The notes beneath the pieces are model-generated. The model saw nothing but the letters and a program-made list of their open reading frames with translations, searched no databases and was not told the DNA's origin. A program made the position numbers and the translations under genes. This document shows, piece after piece, positions 51,301 to 61,833 of a stretch of DNA of 64,000 nt. The stretch is from Zootoca vivipara (lineage: Eukaryota): NCBI RefSeq assembly GCF_963506605.1, contig NC_083289.1, positions 28,086,001-28,150,000 on the forward strand, read 5' to 3'. Position 1 is the stretch's first letter. Each line of letters opens with the position of its first letter.

Positions 51301-51790
51301 GGAAAAGGAGGAAGGCCCATTTTTAGGGGTGCAGGACACAAAATTTGAGGTTTTTTTAGGGGAGCCAAAGTTGTTGAGCTTCTTTGGGGGGAGCCAGTGA
51401 TCTACCTCAGACGTTCGGTGAATAGCTTCCAGCTGTTGGTGATGGGACAGGCCTATGACCACTGTACAAGACTGCAAGCCATATAAACACAGGCACACAT
51501 ACATGGGAGCACACAGTGGAGAAATTGCTTCAATGCTGCTGACCTGACCCATCTCACTTCCTGCAGTAATTTTTCAGCCAGCACAAATGGGTAAAACTAC
51601 TTTAATGAAGTATCTTGATTCTAGCATTTGCCAGCTCCCACCAGGCTGGGGCTCCTCCTTTCTTCTCCAGCCTCAGCAGGAGGTGGTCTGGTGGCCCCAT
51701 AATGCCACTGTGGCTATAAGCAGGAGTGTGAGCAGTTGAGGGAGAAGGAAAGGGAGCCACCACCTGGGCAGGCCCCCTCGGGGCTCTTGC

Positions 51791-53030
51791 CTACTTTGGC
51801 TGCTGTGGCTGAGGCTCTTCCTTCTTCTCCTTGGCAGCCTTCTGCTTCTGCTGCATGATTTCTGAATCTCTGGGGAGAGAAAAACAGGCAAGGCAGTCAG
51901 GCTGTAGCCATTGAGTCCAGAAGGGGTACCTGGGCCTGAGGGCAGGTGCTGGGCTGCTGGCAAATAAAGGTAGGGCAAGGGCTGCCTCAGTCGCCACTGG
52001 GCCTGAGAGAAGGGGCTGTCACTCTGGCCTCTGAGGGCTTTGACAAGGGGCTAGGCCAGACTAGGCTTGGCACATTAAGGATTTGGGTGGAAAGTAAGAG
52101 CAGGGATGGAGCAGCAGCAAGGACAGTTCGGCGGAGACTCCATAGCCAGTGGTGGAACCTCAGGCACCGGCCGCATGGACGTAGCGCGGGGGGCAGCATT
52201 CCCCCTAAATCATTCAAAATCAATACAAATCTGAGTTTCTGCCCCAACCAAAGCCCCCCGCCCCCGCCCCCCCCCACAAAAATCCTGGGGACATCTATGA
52301 CTGGCCGCCTCAGCCTTCAGCAGCAATGCCATGGAGGAGTCTTGAGACACCTTAAAGACAAGCAGACTGAGATGGGCATCCAAGGAAGCGGATGCCAGGA
52401 GCCCCGGAAAGCTCATCCAGGCCTACGGTGCTTCTATTTCTAGTGCCACGAGGAGCCTCGTTCCTATCAGAGAACAGGATGATGCCCACCGCTCACCAAC
52501 AGCGGCGGAACAAATAGGAAAAGCAGGAAGGTTGGGGAGGCAGCCAACCGTTCCTGGCTCTTGCCCCGGCCAGGTCTTTTATGCCGAGGAGGAGGCGCCT
52601 CCGGGCTCGAGGCCCCGCCCAGAAAGACAGCCAGCCCGCCCGCCCGCCCGACCTTGTTCCCCTCTCGCCCGGCGCTCACCGTTGCTTGCGGGCGGCGGCG
52701 GAGAGGCCGTCGTCGCGGCGCTTGCCCTTGTCAGCGTTCTTCTTCATGTTCTTGCTGCGCGCCAGTTCGCGCTGGTTTCCCCCTGCACCGCGGAGAAAGG
52801 TAGTGCACGTGTAAGCGCGGCGGGGGCCGGTCAGGCGGGGCCCCGGGGGCCACTGCGGGCCGCCGAGCCTTGCCGGGCGGGGGAAAGGGGCGGCAGAGGC
52901 GGCACCCCCGCCCTTAGCAAGTCAAGGAGGCAACGGGACCTTCCAGCCCATATCCTTCCCCCACCCACCGGAGAGTAATAAGGGGGCGCGAGACCGGACC
53001 GGGGGGGGGGGAGTCCCGCTTACGCGTCAT
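51791..53030 (-). CDS. SERF2: Small EDRK-rich factor 2, 62 aa
   Basis: Exons 53030-53024 (ATGACGC|gtaag), 52782-52680 and 51869-51791 give [68 protein letters not shown] on the minus strand at 51601-51606. Confidence 0.97.
52174..52299. mobile_element. hAT MITE in SERF2 intron 2
   Basis: catggacgt / acatctatg termini; TSD accggccg/actggccg. Confidence 0.7.
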
Positions 53031-53350
53031 GGCTCCGCTTCGCTCGAGTCCCCGAGGCAGCTACGGCCACAGCCCTGCCCTACTCCGCCCCTGTCGCCTG
53101 ATTGGCCAATCCGCACAGGGGCCAGGAGGCTATTAGCCCGCCAGCGCCAAGAGGCAGCCACTGGACCAGGCGGACCATTCAGCGATTGGCTGCAGGGGAG
53201 GACGGCCAGAAATGAAGGCGGGGCATCATGGAGGGCAACAGGCGCAACGTGGCGGTCTTGAAGCCCCTCCCCTGCGCCGCGAATGGCTGTGGAACCGCGA
53301 GTGGCGGGGCCCGTAGGAGCTCCGCCCTCTCCTCTCCAGTCCTGGGCACG
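53031..53350 (-). promoter_or_regulatory. SERF2 CpG promoter
   Basis: Palindromic ATTGGCCAAT (53101-53110), a further ATTGG (~53184) and GC boxes in CpG-rich sequence. Confidence 0.65.
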
Positions 53351-53442
53351 GAGTACTGTAAATGCTAGCGGTGGCAAGATCGACGGCCAAGTTCCCCCAG
53401 CAGAGGTGGTGCCGCGTGGGTTACGTCCCCGTGGGATGGAGG

Positions 53443-53606
53443 CAGGGCCGGCTCAACCATGAGTCAAAGTGAAGCCATTGTCTCAGACGGCAACAGATCT
53501 CAAAGCCCTTGTTTCTGAAGCTCTTCATTCACCCCCTTCTTACTTGGCAGGGAAGGTACCATTATGCGGTTCGCCTCAGGCACCAAAATGTCTTGGGCCA
53601 GCCCTG
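53443..53606. mobile_element. hAT-Tip100-like MITE
   Basis: cagggccggc / gccagccctg termini; degenerate TSD gatggagg/gacggagc. Confidence 0.55.
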
Positions 53607-54809
53607 GACGGAGCAGAGGGTCAGAGTGGGGCTTCCCAGCTGCTGCTCTGTCAAGGGGTCAGGGAAGGCTCACTCTGCAAGGAGTCAGGTTCTTTACCAT
53701 AAAATCATAGAGCTGGCGTGGATCTTGGGGATCATCAGGGTGCAGCCTCAATCACAGACTGGCCAAGTCAGGATGGCTCTTGTGCGCCAAAACCCCTCTC
53801 TCAAAGCCCAGACCTTATGCTGGAAGCGCAGCAGCAGAGGAGATTTGGACTCAACATTGTCTGCCCTTCCCCACACACACTCCAAGGGAATCCTCATTAA
53901 ATAACCAACATTGTCTAATCTCCCTGTGAGCAAATCAGGATCAATGCTCCATAAATGGATTGCCTGACAGCACCGCCTTCTCTTCCTCAGGAACCAGCTC
54001 CCCAGCTCTTTCTCTCTCTAGAATTTTCATTTATGACAAACATTTCAAACAGATATTTACATATCATATTTTGACTTCCCACCCCCCTCTTCCTCTCTTC
54101 CTTACATTACTCTATTTTCCTGCATACCCGAATATAAATCTATTTTATATTTTATTTCCATCCATTTCATATGTTTTCAATACTGCACATTGTAAACAAA
54201 TTAAAACATTAGCAGGGTTAATGTGCAGTAAACAAATTAAAACAGTAGCAGGCTCTTTCTTTGACTACCCACCTGTGGAACTCCTGACTGCTTCAAAGAA
54301 GGCTGCTCACTACATTTGAGCACCAGGGCCTCTGCTAGGCTCCTTTTCACTCAGACATGCCTGTTGTTATGAGGCTGAAGCTGTTCCTTTGTCCCATCTT
54401 CAACAGAGACTGGATGCTTTTAGGCCAAGCACCCAAAATAGAGTAGATGAGTTGCTCTGCAGCCTACAACCCTTGCATGAACTCGTTATTAGGGTGACCC
54501 AGCACCTAAAGGTGTTCCTCCCTGAAAAACCAGGCCATAAGAGAGTCCTCCTGAGATTTCTTAGAAGGTGGTGGGAAATGTTGTTCCCAACTGAAACTGC
54601 AAGTACACACACAACCCTGTATGAAAATCCAGTTGCTCAGAGGTTATCTGCCTTCTACAATTTAGGGGATACTTTTAGGACAGTAGAGAAGTTATTCCTA
54701 CTCTTCCCCTGAAGAAGGAAGACCTTCTCCATACTTGACCTGCTACAGCTCATGAGTGAGGCTGCCACAAGAGAGGTGATGGTGACTGGTGGTAAATATT
54801 GTGTGTGCA

Positions 54810-54949
54810 NNNNNNNNNNNNNNNNNNNNNNNNNNNNNNNNNNNNNNNNNNNNNNNNNNNNNNNNNNNNNNNNNNNNNNNNNNNNNNNNNNNNNNNNNNN
54901 NNNNNNNNNNNNNNNNNNNNNNNNNNNNNNNNNNNNNNNNNNNNNNNNN
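54810..54949. other. Assembly gap (N run)
   Basis: Run of N. Confidence 1.
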
Positions 54950-56124
54950 ATGAGGCAACTGGGATATTAGAATGGCCCTTGGTGGATCTTCAGAGCAATA
55001 AGGAACCCTTTAAGTACTTGGCCCTTATGGTGCACATAGATGTACATCCTGAGTGGGTACAAGACTGCCCTCCATACAACCAACTTTCACTTTTTTCAGC
55101 CAAACTGCAAAGTGCTGCCTGGCTGGCCCTTGTGGCAGTCATGAAGCCCCTCTTTGCCCAGACTTGTGTTTCAAAGAGGTATGGAAGAAGAACACAACAC
55201 AGTAAGAGTGGTGTTTGTCTGCTTTTAGAAAAGGGAGAATAATAATGCCAGAAGCAGAGCACCCCACCCCACCCCACAATAGCAGCAGAAAACCCTTTGC
55301 CAGTCCATGCAGGGAGCTGTATGTCTGTCCACACCCTGGAATTTGTTCTCCTCCTCAGCTCAACACTAGGAACAGGCCAGTCTTTGGGTTGAATGAGATG
55401 TATTCCAAGGTGGCTTCCCTGCAGATTGGCAGGGAAATGAATAGAGCACAGAAGAAAATATAAGCAGCAAGCTGGGTTGCAGGACAACATCCAGCCTCAG
55501 AGTATCCAGCTTCAGCTGGAAAGGATCTTCCCACCCTTTCACAATGACAGCCTTCCTTTACACTTAGGGAACATCATCATCAAATGTGTCAATGAGAGCC
55601 AGCCACTTGACTTCGGGTGCCATGTTTCATTCTTGGATAAACCTCGATTGCAAACCTCTCAATCACTGGTGTTGGTGGTGGCAGAGAAAGAGGAGGAGGA
55701 AGAGACCGAAGACTTCCTTTTTGGACTTACAGCCACGCAGTTCCATAGCAGCTGTAGGTATATACCATCACAGGAGAAACAAGTGGGCACACACAACAAG
55801 TATTTGGCCCTGACGCCCCTCAGAAGTCCTTGCTGTCGGAGAAGGTAGAACTTCACATTTCTGCAAGGCTTTCTAGGGTCAACCCAGGAAAAGAAGCAGC
55901 CACTCAGCTTGGCTGGGGAGCAGGAGCATCTGTCTGCAAAAGATGGCAGTGAGGAGACACATGAGCTTTCACAGCCTGACAATCTCTTATTTATCTCTTA
56001 CATATTTTTCCACCTTTCCTCCAAGGAGCTGAAGATGGCATACATCTCCCCATTTTATTATCACAACAACCCTGTGAGGTAGATTAGGCTTGGAGGCAGT
56101 GACTGGCCAAAGATCACCCAATAA

Positions 56125-56350
56125 GATTGGGTGGCGCCCGCCCTGTGGAACACCCTCCCATTATATGTCAAAGACAAAAACAGCTACCAGATTTTTAGAA
56201 GACATTTGAAGGCAGCCCTGTTTAGGGAGGCTTTTAATCTTTAATCGATTATTTTATTCTTCTGTTGGAAGCCGCCCAGAGTGGCTGGGGAAACCTAGCC
56301 AGATGGGCGGGGTATAAATAATAAATTATATTATTATTATTATTATTAAT
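56125..56350 (+). mobile_element. Young L2-type 3' end with (ATT)n tail, inserted into a MIR-like SINE
   Basis: ctgtggaacaccctccc ... gccgcccagagtggctgggg ... gggcggggtataaataataaa(tta)n; flanked by acaaccctgtgaggtag and ggctgagtggggatttgaacc SINE halves. Confidence 0.7.
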
Positions 56351-56574
56351 ATTAGATTAATGGCTGAGTGGGGATTTGAACCTTGGTCTCCCAAGCCCAC
56401 CACACTGGCCAAACAACATGCCCACAAAGCCAGCTGCCACAAGGCCACCAGAACAGTCTTGGGAAACAAACCCACCACCACCAGCAGCAGCACCCAGGAT
56501 AAAGGGGCAGAAAGGCACCTGCTAAGTGACAAGGACCTTCAATCCTTTGCCTTAACTAGGTTGTGATAACAAAC

Positions 56575-58336
56575 CTGAGCACTGTGAGCAATGGTGGGTG
56601 TTGCCATGTCTTCCGGAGTGGCCCCTCCTGGGCCAGGGCATTCCAGCAGCCCCCTCTGCCGCCTTGCTAGTTTGGAGAGCTCAACATGGATGGCCTAGAG
56701 ACAGTCAATGTCTTTTTAATCCTTGGGAGCAAATAGATAATACACTCGGTAGGCAGGGGGGGATCACCTCCAGTGCCCCCTGAGCACCCTCCCACCAGTG
56801 CTAGGAATATAATGTCATCTCAGTGCGAGCTGAGCAAAAGGGGAGATGCCAGTCACAAGTGCTGAAAGTGGCAGAGGATGAAGCTGGCCCAGCAAAGGTA
56901 GACCTTTCCCACCACCTCTGCTATTGTCCTTTGCCTGACTTTGCCCCTAGCGTGTCCTGTTGTCCCACCTTGGTAGTTGGCTCCAGCTGCAGGGCTCTCT
57001 TCAGAACAGTGGTGGCTGCCTGGTCCTCTCCCCGCTCTGACAACAGCTAAATAGCAGAGAGAGAGTGACAGAGATGGGGTGGTATATGAACTGGGTAGGG
57101 GTGGGGGAGCCTGCCCTTGTCCACCTCTTTCTCTGGCTGTTCTCTGCAGCTGTTCCTTGCCCCTCCCTCATGCCTTCTCTCACCTCTGGTGGTCACAATT
57201 CCCTTTCCCCCCACTTCAATCCAGACACAGCATTACATCAATATTGTGGGACAGGGACCTTTTGCCACCACCCCCACCACCCCACTCCAGATGTCAGCCA
57301 GCTGTAGGGCCTTCAGCATGCCATTCCCTAGCCAAGTTCTTCCCTCCTGCCCCTGGAGCAAGTGAGGGGCTGGGACGCGTATCCCTCATCACCTTCCCTT
57401 TCCTGTAAAGTGCCTTGATGTTCTCTGGGTCAAGCTGTATAACTTCATTGCAGGATGCCAGGGCCTCATCCAAAAGCTTCAGCTTCATCTGGGCAGCTGC
57501 ACAGTTGTTGAGGCATTTGACCCGATGGTCATGCAGCTCCTCTTCCTCCTCCTGGCTCAGGCAGTCTAGAGAGAAGCCCACATAAGTGCAGCGTCACCCC
57601 CAGCCAGGAGGTGCAGCTGGGGCTGAGCCCCAGAACTGGGCTTCTGCGGTAAGGATGGGTCAAGTGTGCCTTTGCAGGAGAGCACACCTGGGATGGGGTT
57701 CCTCTCCTTTTTCATCCAAAGGGCCCAGATTTGGGCTCACGACACTATTTCCAGGCAAGCTGCTGGTCAGCTCTAACTGAACCCTTGCCAACCCCATGTT
57801 TCCAACATGCACCAACATGGCTGTGTTGGCAGGGCTTCATCCCCCAGTGCATCCCAAGCCCTCAGAACAGTGCCTCACCTGTCCCCGGCAAGGAGAGGAC
57901 GTGCAAAGCCTGCTGGTAGGAGTGCAGGGCCTGCTCGTACTCCCCCCGCTCAAAGTGGAAGTTGCCCCACTCCCGCTTCTGGTTGCCCAGGCTGAGGCGC
58001 TCCATGGTGGGCAACAGCGACAGGTCCGGGCTGTCCTGCACATGCAGCAGAGTCACCTCGTACAGCAACGTGGCATCTTTGGGAATATCTGGCTCTCTGC
58101 AGGAGGAGGAGAGGCCTCTGAGAACACACAGCTCCCTTCCCCCACCAAGGACCATGTTGCCCCCCTCCCTGCGCACCAGTCACAGTGCAGCGCAATGACT
58201 GATGACTACCTGCCCAGGTGACCGTAGGCACAAGCAGGGCCAGCGAGGAAAAGGGCTATTTCACCAAGCTGCATGGAGCGGACGCCAAGGTCCAAAGCCT
58301 AAGGAAAGAAAAAGGAAACAAGGACCTGACCTCACC

Positions 58337-58381
<45 letters not shown>

Positions 58382-60388
58382 CCTGCTGTCACACCTCTCA
58401 GTACCACCATGTGCAAGAGTACATTGGCTTGGGAGCAACAGCGATTCTCATGTGGTCTGCATTGGCCTCTGCAGTTCGAAAGCACCTCAAAAGTGCAAGT
58501 AGATAAATAGGTACCACTCCAGCGGGAAGGTAAACACCCCCAGTGCATCCGGGGGGAAGGTTCGCCAGAAGCAGCTTAGTCATGCTGACCACATGACCTG
58601 GAAGCTGTCTGCAGACAAACACCGGCTCCCTCAGCCAATAAAGCGAGATGAGCGCCACAACCCCAGAGTTGGTCACGACTGGATCTAATGGTCAGGGGTC
58701 CCTTTACCTTTATGATGGCGCACAGGTAGAAAAGGTGAGATCCTATGTAGAGGGAGGGCCCTGTAAGCATGAGGTTGGGGGTGGCTGAAACAGAACAGAA
58801 GCAGAAGGACAGCAGGATTCCCCCCATTGGTGGCATTCAGTTGCTCAGGCAACCGAGAGAAATGGGCTGCCCCTGTGGGGCAGGCTGCCAGGCAAAGCCA
58901 GGGGAGCAAGGATCAGGAGGAGAAAATGCACGAAGGAACAAGGGAGCCCCTGGGCTGCAGCCTTCCCACACCTCACCTGTATTGCCTCCCCCTGGCCGAG
59001 GACAAAGGTGAGCTTTGGGTCCTTTTCCACCAGGCTGTGGTCCTCCAGAATTCCCAGCATCTTCACAGTAACCTCTTGGCCCAGTTGTGGCCAGCTGCCT
59101 CCCTCTGGGCTCCTCTTCACCAGACACTTCCGTAGGGACTTGTCCTCTGGAGGATGGAAAGGGAAGCATCAGTTCAACTACAGGTGGAGGTGTTTGCCTG
59201 AGGAAGTGTATGCAACTCCAACTGCCCAGGTGCAAAGGAAGGAAGGCCAAGGGAGTGCCGGAGAATGAGGAAGTTACAGTCCCTCTCTCACAACACAATC
59301 TGCTCTGGCCAAATAGAGGGGCCTTTTCTCCCCACCATGAGGTACTGGCTGCAGTGTCCCACCTGCCCAGCTACCTCCAAATGGTCCTGGGCCAGGGTCT
59401 GATTTACGCATAGGTTAAGTACACTACAGTTTAGGGCTTCAGGTGATGAAGGCCTCCAGATACAAAAAAGGGACTAGTTTGTTTTCATTTGACTTCTCTG
59501 TACTGATATCTACGCAAAAACAAAACATGTATTTCTCTCTTTTGCCTTCATGATCTGTTAGACTAATATACTTTTGGGGGAAGGGGTAGAACAATGGGGC
59601 CTCTCAAACTTGGCAGAGCTGAGGGCATCAGAAGGTCTTAATGTGGTTCCCCACACCCACCAGTTTTTCTCCTGCCTGGGGGGAAAATCCACATCATCCA
59701 GGACTTTAAGCATTTGCATTTTATTATGCTGCCTTCACTTATCCTCTTATTCCTTTTGATGCACCACCACACATTCTGTGGGGTGCTGAGTGTTGAGGTG
59801 GGCATCAGTCAAGCCACTCCTCAGTCTGATGCACCTCTAGAACCCCATGGGTGTGAGGGCAGCTGGTCTGGGTCGCTGAGGCGAGGGCAGGGGGCTTTCT
59901 GGCTAAGAGGCAGCGAACTCAGCAACCATCACCTGCCCCAGTGGCTTCTGGCTATGGCGCTTGTTAGCCAGCGATGTCACCCCCGCCCCCCAATGACTGG
60001 CACGGCAGCAGAAAGGATCATGTAGGGTCTGAGAGGCCGAGCCGCCCTGTTGCCTCCAACGCCCTCTGGGCAGCAGCGGGACCCTCCATCTCCTGGCCTG
60101 AAAGCCCCCTGCGCCCCGGGCCTCACCTCGGAGGTCCTCCCAGCCGTCAGCCGCAAAGAGCGCTGCAAAGCCGCCTCTTTCTCCTCCCAGCAAGCGCTCC
60201 AGCCGCTGGTAAAAGGATCGCTCCTGAAGCTGGGGCGGGGGCTCCTGGATGGTTGTGTGGGGCAGCAGGAAATGGACCCTCCGTCCAAGGTGCGGGCCGC
60301 CTCCCTCCAGCAGCACCGGCCCGAGGCTGGCGCCCGCCCCCTCGCCTTCCTCCTCTTCCTCGCCCTGAAACATCTTGACCAAGAACAT
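56575..60388 (-). CDS. FKBP8/FKBP38-like PPIase-TPR co-chaperone (possible orthologue of fish fkbp16); terminal exon unresolved
   Basis: Kozak ccaccATG at 60388. Exons 60388-60127, 59146-58977, 58298-58210, 58096-57879, 57565-57393, 57046-56969, 56694-56575 total 1110 nt, all GT-AG and in frame. FKBP domain (GWEDL..LRK..GQEVTV..FVLGQGEAIQALDLGVRSMQLGE..AYG..IPKDATLLYEVTL), three TPRs (KREWGNFHF, CLNNCAAAQMKL, NIKALYRKGK) and helix AIHVELSKLARRQ. Confidence 0.9.
58341..58380. repeat. (CA)n microsatellite
   Basis: Direct observation, about 40 nt upstream of the FKBP-like exon 3 acceptor. Confidence 0.95.
58470..58712 (+). mobile_element. 5'-truncated Sauria SINE
   Basis: Matches the reverse complement of the 3' two-thirds of the copy at 42876-43236; ends ggggtccctttaccttta. 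Confidence 0.88.
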
Positions 60389-60967
60389 GGTGGGCAGCTC
60401 CTCCGTCCTCGGAAGGGGCTTCCCGGGGCGAGGGGCTTTGCCTGCAGCCGCGCATCAGGATCTCGAGGGATTTGCTTCCCCGCCTTGCATGCGACGGTCG
60501 GAGCAGGCCGGCAGCGGCAGAAGCAAGAGACCGCTTAGTCGTCTCTCCTTCCCTCAGTCTACACTGAGCGCCTGTAATTCAATTATAGAGTAAGCCCCCC
60601 CTACGCCCCAGCTGCGCTCAGGCTTACTTCCAAGGAGGATCTGGGCGTCAGGCTGCGGCCGGGTTTAGCAGGGATCAGCTGGGCCCCCTCCCTTTGGGCT
60701 GCCTTAATAAACCCAAGTAATGTAAATGCCTTCGCGTCTATAACAGAAGAGGGAGGCAGGGACCAGCAACCCGCTGTTCACTCAGACGCGACGGAAAAGG
60801 GGTTTTCCTCTTATACTACGCAAGGCCCCAAAGACTTGCGCCAAGAGGGAATACTTCTCGTGGATGAATGGGTTCCCCCCGATCTCCTGACAGGCTAGAT
60901 TCTGAGAATACTCAGTTGGCTTCGCCCTCCATCCAATTCTCTCATGTATGAACAGACCACCCAGAAG

Positions 60968-61141
60968 CAGAAGTGCCAACCTCAAAACTTTGGGGGAGCA
61001 GGTAAGCCCCGCTCGCATAATCGATCACATGATGCGGTGCATACACACTACTTGAATAGCAGTGCCCATCAACTGTGGGGGGGGCGGCCCCCGCAAAAAA
61101 TAATAGGGGGGGCTGGACACCCCTCGGCGCCTAGTAGTATG
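60968..61141. mobile_element. hAT-type MITE in the divergent promoter
   Basis: 174-bp insert flanked by the perfect 8-bp direct repeat cccagaag; termini are degenerate. Confidence 0.6.
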
Positions 61142-61448
61142 CCCAGAAGTAAACGTCTATCAAAGTCTTCTGGGTGAGGGAAGCCGCTCAACCGAAGAGG
61201 CGCATCCAACAGTCTTAGCGGTTCTTAGGGGATACTGCCCCGCCCCAGATTATTGCCCACTGACCTGCGGGGCTCTAAGAGGCTTAGTGGAGAATCCCAA
61301 GAAGCACGTGGCCACGCTGCACGTGGCCAAGCGTCCGGGGTCGGCTGCCTGCCCCTGGGGGCTTTGTAGTAGATGTGAGGCCCGCGGCCCAAAGGGAGGC
61401 CCAGCCTCGGGATCTCCGGTCTGGGGGACCGGGGACAATGGGCAGAAG

Positions 61449-61539
61449 CATAGCTGTCAAGTTTTCCCTTTTCTCGCGAGGAAGCCTATTCAGCATAAGG
61501 GAATTTCCCTTTAAAAAAAGGGAGAACTTGACAGCTATG
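61449..61539. mobile_element. 91-bp MITE (catagctg TIR family), ~295 bp upstream of the ELL3 ATG
   Basis: TIRs catagctgtcaagtt / aacttgacagctatg; TSD ggcagaag/agcagaag; same family as the copies at 40453 and 41301. Confidence 0.9.
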
Positions 61540-61833
61540 AGCAGAAGTTCCCCTGAAGACCTGGATAATGGACCGGCCGTGCTTCTTCGGGGCAAACTGT
61601 TGAGGGGCTTCTGGACGGGACAGCAGACTAAAGCTCAGAGGTCTCTTCTTGCTCCGGGCCTTTCCCATGCCCCAAACAGAGGCAGGTCTGGCCAGGCATC
61701 CCTGGCTGGGCACGCGCACCGGTTCGTGGAGCAGCAGCGGCTACCGAGCAAGGAGCAGCGGCCCCGCCCCGCCCTGCTGTCGAGCCCAAGTCCCGCCCAG
61801 GCGCCGCCGCCGCCACAGCCGCTCACTCCAGCG

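Larger units (their letters stand above)
60389..61833. promoter_or_regulatory. Divergent (possibly bidirectional) CpG promoter region of the FKBP8-like gene and ELL3
   Basis: ATGs 1.45 kb apart, head-to-head; CpG-rich; tandem CACGTG E-boxes at 61305 and 61320; GC boxes at ~61762-61773. Confidence 0.65.

Noticed and set aside
56326-56532. Hydrophobic ORF (LSWVLLLVVVGLF..) as the FKBP-like tail anchor
   Set aside because: The available AGs put it out of frame with the phase-0 donor at 56575, the intron would be only ~56 nt, and the distal part is SINE-derived.
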